Positions 11,840-25,261 of a DNA stretch of 64,000 bases are shown here, piece after piece. Every line of letters starts with the position of its first letter. The first letter of the stretch is position 1. Source of the DNA: Eledone cirrhosa (Eukaryota); contig OZ024743.1 in the NCBI GenBank assembly GCA_964016885.1, forward strand, positions 115,816,001 through 115,880,000, read 5' to 3'. The notes under the pieces are model-generated. The model made no database searches, was not told the origin of the DNA, and saw only the letters and a program-made list of their open reading frames with translations. The position numbers and the translations under genes are program-made.

Positions 11840-13403
11840 TAAAATAGCACATTAAAGTTTAAGCAAAGAATCGCTGCTTTCACCCTTAACGGGATCTTCT
11901 ATAAATCCCTCTCTTTCTCCTTCTCTCTCTCTATATATATATGTACATATGTAAATATGTGTGTGTGTGTGTGTATTTATGTTTCTCTGTGTGTACGTAT
12001 GTATGTGTTATGTTATTATTATACCAAATTATATTATAATGCTTCCAGAAATAATAAAATAAGGCAGCTGTAAAATACTATATCGATATAATCGACACTC
12101 TCTTTGTAACCTAGAAAATATTGCATGCCTTGTGCTAAAATTAGAAACCAATCTTGTGACGTGGCTGACAGAAGAAAAATATGATTGTTACATTCTATTT
12201 TAAAAACAATTGTTATCGACTGCGAGAGAATAATATTGCATCTTTAGATTTATTGAGAACTCTCCATAATTCTTTTGAAGTATGTACCTATTCAGAGTAA
12301 AATTACCTCAGCTGATCTAACACATTTATCATTATGACAATTTTTTTTATGAAATCCATTTGAAAAAAACCAATCCTCCATGAGATTAATTTCACAATAT
12401 AATTTCCGTATTATTGAGATTAAAAACAGTGTGTGGTGGAATATAATTCAATATTTATATATATCTCTATAGCTTATATCACCCTTCAGAAATATATAGA
12501 ATAATTTACAATTCACCACCCGCAATAATTAAATCTCGTTCGTATTTCTCTTTCCTTCTCCACTCTCTCTAGTTCTGTCATCCCCACTCTCACACACACT
12601 TATTTATACAGAAAAGAAAAATCAAATTATTCTGTATAAATGCATCCAAATGTCAAGCTCAATTAGTTCGTTATGAATATCGGGCTTCTGTGACAAAAAT
12701 CTTGATCATAAGGATGATGACGATGTTGATGACGTCATCACTGTTGATGATCATCATAAGGATGTTGCATTTTGTGTAAAACTAATTACAGTATCGAATG
12801 TATTCTGTGAATTCTATATGTAACCCGAATTCTATGCTGCATTTGCTATCTATATTCCCATAATAGAATTATTTCTTATATTTAGGCGTTATCCGTTATT
12901 TTAAAGAACAAATAAAAAAATAAATAAAATGAGGCTTAATATTTATATTCATAGATAGGTCCATAAATAGATGAATTCAACCACATGTACAAATACAAAT
13001 ATATATGTATAAGCCATATACACAAACATATGGGTATTTAGTGATAAAGATATATATGAACATTTAGAAAGATAAACATAGTAAAGAATGAACAAATATA
13101 TTTGTTATCAGTGAAATGGAGAAGTAGAATGTATCATTTCTCTTAAGTCATATGTATCTATTACACCAAGCCTTTTAAAATAATCCATCGTAAAAATTAC
13201 TTTGACTATCATTTACCTCAACTGTTATAGGCAGTATGAAGAGTACATCATTAATTTCCTGGAATATTCAGATGGAACCAAATATTTATGAATGCCCTCT
13301 CCAGGGATATTATATTATATATTTTCTTTTCCGATATCCCGCGTCAACCATTTTGAGAATCTCATAGCACAGATTAATGATATTAGAGAGCAATACAAAC
13401 ACA

Positions 13404-13468
13404 CGTGCGCGCGCGCACACACGCACACACACACACACACGCACGCACACACACACACGCACGCACAC

Positions 13469-13558
<90 letters not shown>
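13404..13558. repeat. (CA)n/(CG)n microsatellite
   Basis: Direct reading. Confidence 0.95.
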
Positions 13559-13899
13559 GCATTGGTTGAGGGAACTTTTATAAAGTGATACCGTATATGA
13601 TATGTATAATGTTTTTTTCTTTAAATTTTTTGTTTCTTTGTTTAAAGTGATTTGGTCCCGGTGTGTACTTGGAACAGTTTAACCATGACTTGCTCATCTT
13701 TCTGTCTTTAGTTTTGGTTTTGCAATCTCTACAGTGAGGAGGTAGCTTTTTTTAAATTCATTCTGAATAGAAGAGTTCTTTTTCAATCACTTAGGAACAA
13801 TTTTCTATATAAAAAATGTTTTTCATTTTTTTTACATATTGCACTTTATTATATGATGGAACTGAGCGGTAGCTAGGAGAAACGTGGGAGAATCAGGAA

Positions 13900-14500
13900 A
13901 AATGCTTAACGCTATTAGGTTACGGCAGGGAGGTGGATTGGCTGAGTCGCTAGAAAATCGGACAAATAATAAACACTGCTTGCTCCGGTATTTTACGATC
14001 TGATTTCAAATCCTCCCTAGCTTGACTTTGGTCCATAAATAAACAGTAGTCAAGATTGCCTTCTATCACTCCTTCTCCGTCTGTGGAAACAATCGGTGTT
14101 TCGACCTGAAGGTAGATGGGCTTCAACGAGTCTAAAATGCCCCCAAACAGGTCGCGTGTCACAAATGCACTCTTAAAACTCCATCTAGAGATTAGGATCC
14201 TTTGCATCTAGGAATAAGTAATATAATGTGTTTCTCATTAGTCACGACAATGTGTATGACTTGAGAGGTAGTTTAATTATATTTCTATTTATTATGAAGT
14301 TGCTCGTCATTGACATCCTGCGCAAGGTCGATCTTCAAGGCTGAAATCAGGGAAGTGGAGCATCCACTGGCACTGCGATTAGACATTGTGTGTGACTCAA
14401 ATGCATCGTTAATGTGACAACAGATTGCTCTTGCCCGTAGGACAGATTTGTCGTCGTAAACGAAAGAGCCACCGACAAACAATTTGGACAAATTTATGTT
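13900..14500 (-). pseudogene. Possible highly decayed Ty3/Gypsy RT remnant
   Basis: Weak similarity of SALKIDLAQ and IVSTDG to Gypsy RT motifs; no catalytic motif can be recovered. Confidence 0.2.
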
Positions 14501-14746
14501 TCTTCATTTGTGACGATATAACAGTAAATGAGAAGTTTCTGACCACCCTCAATTAGGTTTATATGATTTCTCCAATAAAGCTAAACCTTTTGCCTTTTGG
14601 TCTTGGGTTTATGGTGAGTAGTTTTAAAGTGATTTTACTTGTAAACGTTTATATATAGATTCCATATGTGCTTATATGCAGATGTGTGTGTATGTAAATA
14701 CTCACGACACACACACATACACACACATGTACGCTCGCGCACACAA

Positions 14747-14823
<77 letters not shown>

Positions 14824-14824
<1 letters not shown>

Positions 14825-15038
14825 GAGGTGTTGTTGAAAAGTTTCTATTTTTGTGTAAAAGAAAATAGAGGTGGGTCAGTTAATTATGATTTTACTGAAC
14901 ATATCCCTCTCTCAGATTCACACACTTATTCATCACTCCTTAAGTTTTTCGGAGCCGTATAAAATTAAGTCGGAAGGGTGGATTTCCAACCAGGCAACTG
15001 TAGCAGCGATTAAGCCAGGAAATGTTCAGCACCCCTTT
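14824..15038. mobile_element. Mariner/Tc1-derived MITE
   Basis: TA|cgaggtgttgttgaaaagtttct at the left and ccaggaaatgttcagcacccctt..|TA at the right form imperfect mariner-type TIRs inside (TA)n. Confidence 0.7.
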
Positions 15039-15074
<36 letters not shown>

Positions 15075-16399
15075 GTGACGAAACATAAGTCAATTGCATG
15101 AACTCATAATCCTTTATATACTGCTATATATATTTGAATGGCTATGACCTCATCAGGCAGTTAGTCAGTTCTTAGATATGCCAGCTCTGTGTTTATAGTG
15201 TTGATGGTATCAGAGCCTTGGGACATATCCCATATATATATATATATATATATATTATACGTATGAGAATGTGTAAACAAGACTGCTCTAATGGGTACAT
15301 AATTATATACATATTTAATATGTAAGTATGTAAACCTGCCAGAAAATATTAATGTTCATGTAAACTTATAAAATGATTATCAGGTTTAATTAATTTTTGA
15401 ACCGAATTTGGCCCTCATCAGAAAGCGTGCATCTCATACAAACAACCGAAAGGATATATGTATTGGTGGGCTTATATACCCATTCGCTTTTAGTATTATC
15501 CTGCAATGGTCGCACTAATTGTCATAAAATATATAAATTAGAGTGTCTCATATTCAAGCACAGTTTAGTGATTTTTAAATGCTATGCCAAAAGTATGCAA
15601 ACAATTTACTTCAATACTTACCTATTGTAGCAATGTTGCATTTTGTGTTCGTTTTCCTCTGTGTACATGGAGGAGACGTTTCTACCGTTTGAAATGAACC
15701 ATAAACATAAACTAATTATGTAGAAAATTTTGCCATCTGCTATTTGATTTCATTGAACGTAAACAGAAGTATTTGGTATCAAGTAGATAAGGTGACATTT
15801 TCGATAGTTGTTTTGATAATTCAACGAGATCATGAGTTAATAATATGGGTCTAAAGCAAGGTTAATTACATTGTTGGTTCTTAATTTCAATGCTGGTTGT
15901 GTTAGCAAGTAGTAAACACGATGGCTTTCATCAATCTACATACGTTGTTATAAAGTTACGAAATAATGTTGTTCTTTTATTTTCATAGCCTGAAGACTCC
16001 AACGGGTCATTAAGATAAAATTTATTGATTGATTTGCCTTTTAATCTTTCACAGATAATAAATAAAAGAAAACAGAAAGGCCATTTGTCTGTTTGAGAAA
16101 ATTACGGAGGGGCAGTTACCTCAGACCCGAATCCCCTGCAAATAAATGCACTTGTGTTTTCTCTACCATCACGTCGAACATTAGGCGATAATTTCATTTG
16201 CCGTAAAAAAAAGCACTAGCCAGAAGATGCAGGAAATGTGGCAAAAAGCAAATGTACCTACCAAAACGCAAAAAAAAAGATAGATGTTCTTCAATCGAGG
16301 AAAGGAGTATAAAGGAGGGAAAAAAGAAAATTCAAGGATGACTGACATAACAATTGCAAAGTGTGAGATTTGGAAAGGTGGTCTCGAGAATAATTTGAT

Positions 16400-17420
16400 C
16401 TTGCAAGCCAGGACGTTCTCAAATGAACCCATCTAAAGACAACCCTTTCTTTGAGACATAGCGGGAAGATTAGCTGTCTTCATTAATGGCCGGTGTTGAT
16501 GCAAACTATGTGAGAGCCATTCAGAAGATGGAAAAGATGATTCATGAAGTGAAATTATGAAAGAGAAAGAGGGATGAAGAAGTCAAGACGATGTCCGAGA
16601 AAGTTGATCTTGAAAGTTCGTAATCCAGCTCAGCTATTAATGATGAGAACGATGAAACGTTCATATTAGATCCACCGAGAAAATCATTACAAAAAAAATG
16701 TTTCTTTCATCGCCACACTTGTTGCCACGTGGGAATTGGATACATTATCGTTATGACAAGAAAGTACGTCTTACATTGCAGATGCGAAGAGATTTGATCT
16801 GGATGTATCTGAAATCTCGATCACTCCTAACCAACACTTTATCGAGCATTAAGCAACGTGAAAAATGGCTCATGAAATCCGCTTTTCCACCTGAAGATAC
16901 ATTATTTTCATCAGGTTCCCGATCAGTCAAAGATTGAATTGAAGTTTTAATTACCGAAAAGCGAAAGGAGAAGCTCTAAGGTGTTCCGATTGCAAGATAT
17001 GGAAGCTATTACGGCATTTAAAGCAGCACAGAGAGAATCCCTCTCGTGACTGGCTTGCTGCGATCGCATTCTGGAACTGGTTTTATAGAAAGACTTCAAG
17101 ATCTTTTTCATGTCATCTGGTCGTGGTAACGCAATGTTCAAAACGTTCCGTGAATTTTTAGACTCCATCGATAAGTCATATTATCAAATTATCATTGACG
17201 ATGTAAAATGTGTACAAGCAAAAGAGGGGGATTGTTAAATATCTACTAACTGAACTTATTTCTGGAGATCATCCGCGAGAAGACTATGCTGAGTTCATGA
17301 ACTCACCCTTCTTTATCTCGGTGTTTGCCGTCTCCCCATTTCTCCCTCTCGATGCTAGGAGCCAGGAAGGCCCTATATGTGATCAAGAGAGGTTTGTTCA
17401 AAGAAAAACTTAAGCTTACC
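16400..17420 (+). pseudogene. Decayed hAT-like DNA transposase
   Basis: LACCDRILELVL (cf. ACRHHILELVL), SG....FKTFREFLDSID and HPREDYAE motifs, with many stops and frameshifts. Confidence 0.5.
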
Positions 17421-17497
17421 TCATGTGTGTCACTTCCGTTATAATTCTATTCATAAAATGTGTTCCTCACTTTAATCCCTGTGTTATTGTGTATTTC

Positions 17498-17714
17498 GGC
17501 GCGGTGGATTGGCAGGAACGGTGAAGCAACGGACAACATGCATTTATGGTATAGAGGTACAGCTTTTTTCGATCTGAGTTGAAAACCTGCCTAGGTATGT
17601 CTTTCAACCTTACTGGGTCGATAAAATAAAGTACCTGTAATGCACTACTGTTGACTTAATCGACTATCTCTTTCGCGCAAATTTTTGACATCGTGCCTAA
17701 ATCAGAAAATAGTA
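17498..17714 (+). mobile_element. tRNA-derived SINE, old diverged copy
   Basis: gcggtggattggcagga ... ctgagttgaaaacc ... gggtcgataaaataaagtacc ... gtgcctaaatcagaaaat. Confidence 0.8.
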
Positions 17715-17999
17715 TATTTGGAACGTATTCCCTCTGCTTATTTTCATTACATTTAGTTGCCTATCATTTCAACAACTCTCTTATATGACAAAGGGCTGTT
17801 TCCACTAACACATTTCATTCATAAAAACCGTTTCAATCTTAACCCCAATATTACTGTGTATTTAGAATATAATCCCCCTGTTTGTTTCCATTTCATTTGG
17901 TTCTGTCATGTGCTTTCCTCTTTGGATCCAGGAAAGTCTACAGAAAGGGCAATATCCTAATGGTCAGATCCAAACATTTGTCATTAATAAAAAGTGAAC

Positions 18000-18126
18000 T
18001 CCCCTTTACGGTTTGAGTTCAAATCCCGCCGAGTTTAACTTTGCCTTTCATCATTACGGGGTCGATAAAATAAAGCACCAGTAATGTACTGGGATAATTG
18101 CTGGCCTTGTACCAAATGTCGAAACA
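18000..18126 (+). mobile_element. 5'-truncated SINE with 17-bp TSD
   Basis: B box and core are present; TSD attaataaaaagtgaac at 17983-17999 and 18127-18143. Confidence 0.9.
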
Positions 18127-18299
18127 ATTAATAAAAAGTGAACGAATGCAGCCTCAAAATATTATTCGAATGACTTATAATTCATCATACTTCATTTCAT
18201 CAACTCAAAGATGAGCGTAATAAACGTAAGATGATTGGCGAAGAGTTTGCAAATTGTAACACACACTAATATACTTACATATACTTATACTAATATACT

Positions 18300-18436
<137 letters not shown>

Positions 18437-20034
18437 GAGAGAGAACAAGTGATAAATGTATTCACTTTTCTCAGCATATGGACATGTGTGTGAGTTTGTA
18501 TGTGTGTAGGGTTGATTTTTATTCAGTATACATTTTTCATTGCATATTTGAAAAAATGTAATGATCGCGATCAAATTATGATTAATTGAGGTAGTCGATA
18601 ATAATCGATAATCCTAAATATAATATGAATAATTTAGTAGATATTGTATCAACTGCCACTAGTTGCAATGGGTCGTTATTGGGAAATATTGTCATTTTCA
18701 ATGTAGAGTTCAGATTATGCGCCATTTATAAGCATGTAGCTGGTTGTGAGATTTATAGGGAGAACGATTGATATGGTTTTAACAGTCGTGGTCGTCCTGT
18801 CGAGGTGTAGTTAGAGGTGATAGTAGTAGAGATGAGGTGGGGGGGTATCAAGGCGGTCATCGTTATGGTGAAGGGGGTAGTGGTAATGGTGGTGGTGGAG
18901 TAAGTGGTGGTGCGGTGGTGGGAAAATTAGTGTTGTTTTTATTGTTGGTGGGCAAACGTAGTGATCGAGGTGGTGTTGATGCTGTAAGTGTTGATGTTGT
19001 CAGTATTGATAATGACATTAATAATAACGATGCTAATGATAATCATCAACTTTGTCCCTTTAGACTAGAAAAAACCGAAAAGTGATATTCCGTATTGACT
19101 ATAAATTTGATACCATATATAGATTATAAGGTAATAACTATTTAAATATAAATACCACAGTATTACTGTATAATTTGAAGGCGTATTTTTTGTGTGAACA
19201 CAATAAAGAAATGAAAAAAAGGCGTCTGTTTGTGTGTTTTTAGGTGGATGTGTTTTCTATCTGTTGGCATTTTTGTGTATGAATATGTTGTATGTTGGCG
19301 TGTTTGTGTGAAAGTGTTTGAATATGAACATCTTGTTTGTATGTGTGTTTGTGTGTGAATGTGTTTTGTGTATGTGTGTGTGTGAATATTTGGTGTATAC
19401 ATGCGTTTGTATGTGAATATATCTTGTGAATGTGTTTATAGATGTAGTATTCTAGATGAATGAATGTGTTTTGTGAGTTTGTGTGTATTTCTGTGTGGAA
19501 ACGTCATTATTGATTAATGTGTTCGCGAAAAAATAGATTAATAATAATTTGAATATTAATCTAATATCTTCACGCATAATTTTAAACGTTTTCTGTATAT
19601 AGACGCAAAAACAAATGCAAAACTGTAGATGTATCATTATCAGTTTCCGCGTGTCTATGTGTGTGATTGTGGGAAGGAGATAGTGAGATAGGGACGGAGA
19701 ATCAGAGAGAGTTTGTCCGATATTCATATGATTAATAACAATATAAATATTCATCTTATGTATTAACCTATAAATTGAAATATATTTATAGTGTATCGAA
19801 AAATAACAAGGCAAAAATCTACATGGTGGTATATTTAAATTTTTATATGTATGACTGACGCTGCTAGAAATAGAGAAGAGTGTGTTTCTATGCTTATGCA
19901 TTTATTAATTAATATATATACAGCACCGTCACTCACATATAAAAAAAGAGTATTAACCATCATGTAGATCTAGCCTTGCATTTAATGAACCCCAATTTAC
20001 AATTCATGTATACATATGTGTGTATGTGTATATA

Positions 20035-20105
<71 letters not shown>

Positions 20106-20108
<3 letters not shown>

Positions 20109-20736
20109 GTATATGTTGGTTGTTTACCGACACCTCAGTATGCAGATTGGAGAAAATTTATATATAGCAGTAAATCTATAATTTATAATAAACAAAGCCA
20201 GATTTTACATATTTGACTTACTTATTTTATTTTACATTACTCCGAAGTAAACAAACGAACCTTCGTACTTCGTGGAGTGCTCCAATCTGCATACTGAGGT
20301 GTCGGTAAACAACCAACATATACTCAAAATTTATCTAGCTCCACCACGTGTTGAGTACTTCAGACAGTAGCAAACTTATGTCGCACTTGAAAAACTGGCA
20401 ACCTTGGCGTCACTGAAGGATATCCCCTTACCAGGCAAAAGAGAATACACATATGATTCTAGTTCCTCGGAGGACTAACAACACACCCAGGAGCTGGACA
20501 TATCGATGTATTAAGAGAGTGAAACACACTTCAACAACATGTGTACCTGTCTTTTCCACACCAATTCGGACTGCCTAAAGAGTTCTCTTTGAACATGTCT
20601 GCGACTGTGGCTCCTAAGACCAGATTTACTCAAGCAAATCTTTCCATTTTAAGGCCACAGAAATTCAATGGAGACACTGATTGTTTCGAGAGATACACCA
20701 GGATATTGCTTACGCACATTCCGTTCGATCTTATGC

Positions 20737-20771
<35 letters not shown>

Positions 20772-21372
20772 CATATACATATACGCATAAGTATATATAT
20801 GTGAATATATATATATATACGCATAAGATCAAATGGAATATGCGTAAGCAATATCCTGGTGTATCTCTCGAAACAATCAGTGTCTCCATTGAATTTGTGT
20901 GGCCTTAAAATGGAAAGATTTGCTTGAGTAAATCTGGTCTTAGGAGCCACAGTCGCAGACATGTTCAAAGAGAACCAATGAACTGTGATCTCCGTGGTAT
21001 TGTGAAGGTTCATAGTTAAACTGTGGCGAACCTGAGGCTAGGGAGATCCACAGTTGTCGTTAATGTTCGAAGAGTAGTGCAGGTTTGAATAGCCGTATAG
21101 AACGTCACACATCTGACAAACGATTGCAATACTCATACTCTTAGGAGAGCAAGAGATGTCAACATGAATTGACCTGTTATTTTTATCTAAAGGCATTTTT
21201 TCCAATTCCAACCCGCCCGTCGCCTCAATCTATATTATTTCTCATTCTTTCTTCTGATGAAGGACTAGTGACCGAAACGTTAAGACCCTCTTCCTGCTAT
21301 ATCAACTGATAACCTCATATATCCCTTACATATAGTGTACCGATTGTGTTGTTATTTCTGTTTACTTTTTAC

Positions 21373-21375
<3 letters not shown>
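20106..21375 (+). mobile_element. Non-autonomous PLE-derived element(s) between (TA)n tracts: 5' inversion, ORF-start remnant, central fold-back, 3' minimal hammerhead
   Basis: 45-bp perfect IR at 20108-20152/20280-20324; EKLATLASLKDIPLPGKREY (~20389-20448) resembles the intact PLE N-terminus EKQYLGTSLKNIPIPSKDDF; IR at 20582-20975; HHR at 21250-21285. Confidence 0.55.
21250..21285 (+). ncRNA. Minimal type I hammerhead ribozyme
   Basis: tctt-CTGATGA-a-gg actagtga cc-GAAA-cg-TT-aaga; palindromic ACGT stem III, as in PLE HHRs. Confidence 0.7.
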
Positions 21376-21439
<64 letters not shown>

Positions 21440-21619
21440 GGATATGTGTTCCTTCACGCACAAGGCGCTAAGGGACGCATGTATTGTCCAACCAAATGCC
21501 AATGTGGTTCAATGGCAGGTTAATAAATTAACGAGCCAGAACATATATAATCAAGGTTTAGCAAATAATGAAAAAGTTTCAAAATAAATTTTAAAAAATT
21601 GACTTTACCTACTATAGTT

Positions 21620-21702
21620 ACATTTACCGATCGGTTTCGAATCTCAAAAATAAACGGAGACCATACGGCCTTCGTTGCAAAGAAAGATTCTCGTCAGAAG
21701 GT
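21620..21702 (-). ncRNA. Type I hammerhead ribozyme (inverted copy)
   Basis: The minus strand reads acctt-CTGACGA-gaatct...agattc-GAAA-ccgatcgg-TA-aatgt. Confidence 0.85.
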
Positions 21703-22151
21703 TCTTTTCATTCGAAGAATATAAAATTCTTCGAAACCGATCGGTAAAGGTAACTATAGTAGGTAAAGTCAATTTTTAAAAATTTATTTTGAAACTTTTT
21801 CATTATTTGCTAAACCTTGATTATATATGTTCTGGCTCGTTAATTTATTAACCTGCCATTGAACCACATTGGCATTTGGTTGGACAATACATGCGTCCCT
21901 TAGCGCCTTGTGCGTGAAGGAACACATATCCTATTATTACTAACCTCCTCTATGTTGAGAAAAAATTTGGTCGTTCCGACTGCTGCAAGTGATAGTGGCG
22001 GCCGATTTGACCTACCTCGCTCTGCCTCTATCTTTACTTCGGCCCTTGAAAAAATTGATTCCACTTCATTCACTCTCATCTCGGGGACAGTTTTGGATAG
22101 CGCTAGTTCGTAATTTAAATTCAAGAATTTTATATTCTTCGAATGAAAAGA

Positions 22152-22234
22152 ACCTTCTGACGAGAATCTTTCTTTGCAACGAAGGCCGTATGGTCTCCGT
22201 TTATTTTTGAGATTCGAAAGGGATCGGTAAAGGT
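22152..22234 (+). ncRNA. Type I hammerhead ribozyme (stem III mutated cc>gg)
   Basis: acctt-CTGACGA-gaatct...agattc-GAAA-gggatcgg-TA-aaggt; 5-bp stem I, 6-bp base of stem II, GUA triplet. Confidence 0.8.
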
Positions 22235-22302
22235 AACTATAGTAGGTAAAGTAAATTTTTTTTTATTTATTTTGAAACTTTTTCATTATTTGCTAAACCT
22301 TG

Positions 22303-22380
<78 letters not shown>

Positions 22381-22381
<1 letters not shown>

Positions 22382-23650
22382 CTTTGAATAACTTTGAAAT
22401 GTTTAGGCCAGTATTGGCCCAGGCCATGTCTAACTTAATAGCACCACCTGGCGAAGTCTTTCAATTCAGGATTTGCGCACCATGGCCCATTCGAGAAGGA
22501 AATTACTGTTTGCGGAGACATATCCGGGTGTGGGTGGTTTGTCCGGGATTACTTGGAGGAATTTGTCCAAAGACTTCTTGAACTTTGTGTGGTCAGTTTC
22601 TGTTTTTGACGTGTCCTGGTGTGATGTTGAAAAGAGCAGGGACAATTGAGGTGAAATAATTGTGCCGTATTGTTGTTATGAGGTGCGATTTAGATTTTTG
22701 AATGGGACGGATAGCACGGGGCCCAAGTCTTGGGTGTATTTTGAAGGTGATGCCAACATCATTTGGGCAGTGCAGATGAAACATTTTCCACATCATGCAG
22801 ATAATATAACGCTCACGGCGACGTTGGAGTGAGTAAGGTTTCAGCTTTTCTAGTCGACCCCAGTAGTCAAGGTCTGACATGCCATCTATCTTTTTCGTGA
22901 TTGCCCTTTGGGGAGGTTCAAGTTTCATGATACTTTGTTTCGTGTGGGGAGACCACAGTGGACAACAGTATTCAAGGTGTGGTCGGGCAAAAGTGGAGAA
23001 GAGAAGGATAATGGTGTGGGAATCTCTCGACTGGAAGGTTCTGAGCATCCAGGAACACATTCTGTGGGCCATGTCAACTTTGCTGCTTATATGCGAGACC
23101 CAGCCTATGTTGCTGTCCACAGTTACTCCCAAGTCTTTGATGTTGTTAGATGCCACGAGAGTTTCACCGGAGGGATGTGAGTACGGGAGTTTCAGAGCAT
23201 CTTCTTTTCCAAAGTGGTCAGTTCGAATTTGTCTTCGTTCAGTAAGACGTTGTTCTTCTCCACCCATTGGGTAAAAGCCAGTAGGTCTGACTGAAGGCTT
23301 ATCCGGTCATCCACGCCATTGATGACCGGATAAGCTTGGAATCATCAGCGAAAATTCTAATGTTGCTGTGTTTGATGATATCAGTGATGTTATTAATATA
23401 GATAATGAAGAGAAGTGGGCCCAACACGGTGCCTTGTGGGACCCCACTACTAACTTTCGCTGGGCTGGATTTGACTCCTTCGACTACAACATGTTGGGTT
23501 CTGTTTGACAGGAAGCACTTGATCCACTGCAGCAGCTTTCCAGTGACACCAATATTGGACAGCTTTCTCAGTAGAATGTTGTGATCAACCCTGTCAAAGG
23601 CCTTGCTGAAATCAAGGTAGATAACATCAGTGTTGGAACCCTCTTCCACG
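22381..23650 (-). mobile_element. 5'-truncated CR1-like LINE (RT and C-terminus), frameshifted
   Basis: DVIYLDFSKAFDRVDH, SGVPQGTVLGPLLFIIYIN, FADDSK, RPHLEYCCPLWSP, SLQRRRER; 3' tandem (ATTTCAAAGTT)2. Confidence 0.9.
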
Positions 23651-23653
23651 GAT

Positions 23654-24886
23654 GAACGGAAAAAATGAAACGAAATTTCATTTCTCACTCTTAGTACGGG
23701 TAGTTTGTTTACAAATACACCGAGCATTATAATAAATGTTCGGTGAATCCATACGTAGATATATATATGTGTGCATGTATGTATATATATATACACATAC
23801 TACTGTACGTCTGTATACATATGCATAAGGAAAGTATATACTTTCAGACGTTCAATCATCTGGCCGGAAGTTATACGTTGCTGACGATAGCTAACAAGCT
23901 TGAAACTAGTACAGCGTTCTTTTGTCAGTGTTGAACAAATGAGCAACGATGGTTGCTAGACACTGTACAACTTAAATCGGGAAGATTGTTTACAAACACA
24001 CCGAGCATTATAATAAATGTTCGGTGAATCCATGATGTGTGCATGTATGTATATATATATACATACTATTGTACGTCTGTGTACATATATGTATGTACGT
24101 ATACATACTTATATTTAAGTACCGGCCGTACTAAGAGTGAGAAATGAAATTTCGTTTCATTTTTTCCGTTTATCGTTTTCGGTGCGGCCGTTTAGCTCAG
24201 TCGATATGCAAATTAGGCTGCTCAGACGTTACTATGCATAAGGGAAGTATATACTTTCAGACGTTCAATCATCTGGCAGGAAGGTATACGTTGCTGACGA
24301 TAGCTAATAAGTTTGAAACTAGTACAGCGTTCCTTTGTTACTGTTGAACAAATGAGCAACGATGGTTGCTAGACATGGACGGCTGAATTCGGGAAGTTTG
24401 TTTACAAACACACCGAGCATTATAATAAATGTTCGGTGAATCCATACGTATATATATATATATGTGTGCAAGTATGTATATATATATACATACTACTGTA
24501 CGTCTGTATACATATATGTATGTGCGTATACATACTAATATTTAAGTACCAGCCGTACTAAGAGTGAGAAATGAAATTTCGTTTCATTTTTTCCGTTTAT
24601 CGTTTTCGGTTCGCCCGGCCGATTAACTCACTCGATATGGAAATTAGGCTGCTCAGCCGTTAATATGCATAAGGAAAGTATATACTTTCAGACGTTCAAT
24701 CATCTGGCAGGAACGTATACGTTGCTAACGATAGCTAATAAGCTTGAAACTAGTACAGCGTTCCTTTGTCAGTGTTGAACAAATGAGCCATCATGGTTGC
24801 TAGACACTGTAAAGCTTAAATCGGGAGGTTTGTTTACAAACACACCGAGCATTATAATATATGTTCGGTGAATCCATACGTACATA

Positions 24887-24924
<38 letters not shown>

Positions 24925-25030
24925 CGTATGTATGTATATATACATATACATACTACTGTACATCTGTATACATATATGTATGTACGTATACATACTTATA
25001 TATGTACATATACATATGTATATGTATATA
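23654..25030 (+). mobile_element. Tandem retrozyme-like array, ~3 units of 413-431 nt, each with a minimal hammerhead
   Basis: HHR cores at 23881, 24294 and 24725; repeated hairpin caccgagcatt...aatgttcggtg; inverted fragment at 23654-23699. Confidence 0.85.
23876..23916 (+). ncRNA. Minimal type I hammerhead ribozyme (further copies at 24289-24329 and 24720-24760)
   Basis: cgttg-CTGACGA-t-agct aaca agct-t-GAAA-ctag-TA-cagcg; palindromic ACTAGT stem III; the third copy has CTAACGA. Confidence 0.85.
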
Positions 25031-25261
25031 TATATACGATATATTAACGAATGGAAACTATATTTATAAAACCATATTTATTTCATTATACATATTTCAA
25101 GGACACCAAGTCAAATTATTGTGCGCGTTCATCAGATAAAATATAATATAGATCAGTTTTATAAATAAATATTGATATAACCTTAAAGAATGCAACCATT
25201 TCTGTTGGAAGCTCCCGGATAGTGGGGTTATTAAATTTATTTAGTCTATTATGCAAATTAT

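Larger units (their letters stand above)
21435..22310 (+). mobile_element. Retrozyme-like non-coding element: 483-nt unit plus 296-nt inverted 5' arm, in (TA)n
   Basis: HHR cleavage sites at 21746 and 22229 are 483 nt apart; 21435-21731 is the reverse complement of unit sequence spanning the HHR; no ORF. Confidence 0.85.

Noticed and set aside
15074-15232. Hammerhead between (TA)n tracts
   Set aside because: CTGATGA is on the minus strand but GAAAC is on the plus strand, so no complete core exists on one strand.
23700-24900. Regularly spaced repeats as a CRISPR array
   Set aside because: The whole ~420-nt units repeat with no unique spacers; eukaryotic context; no cas genes.
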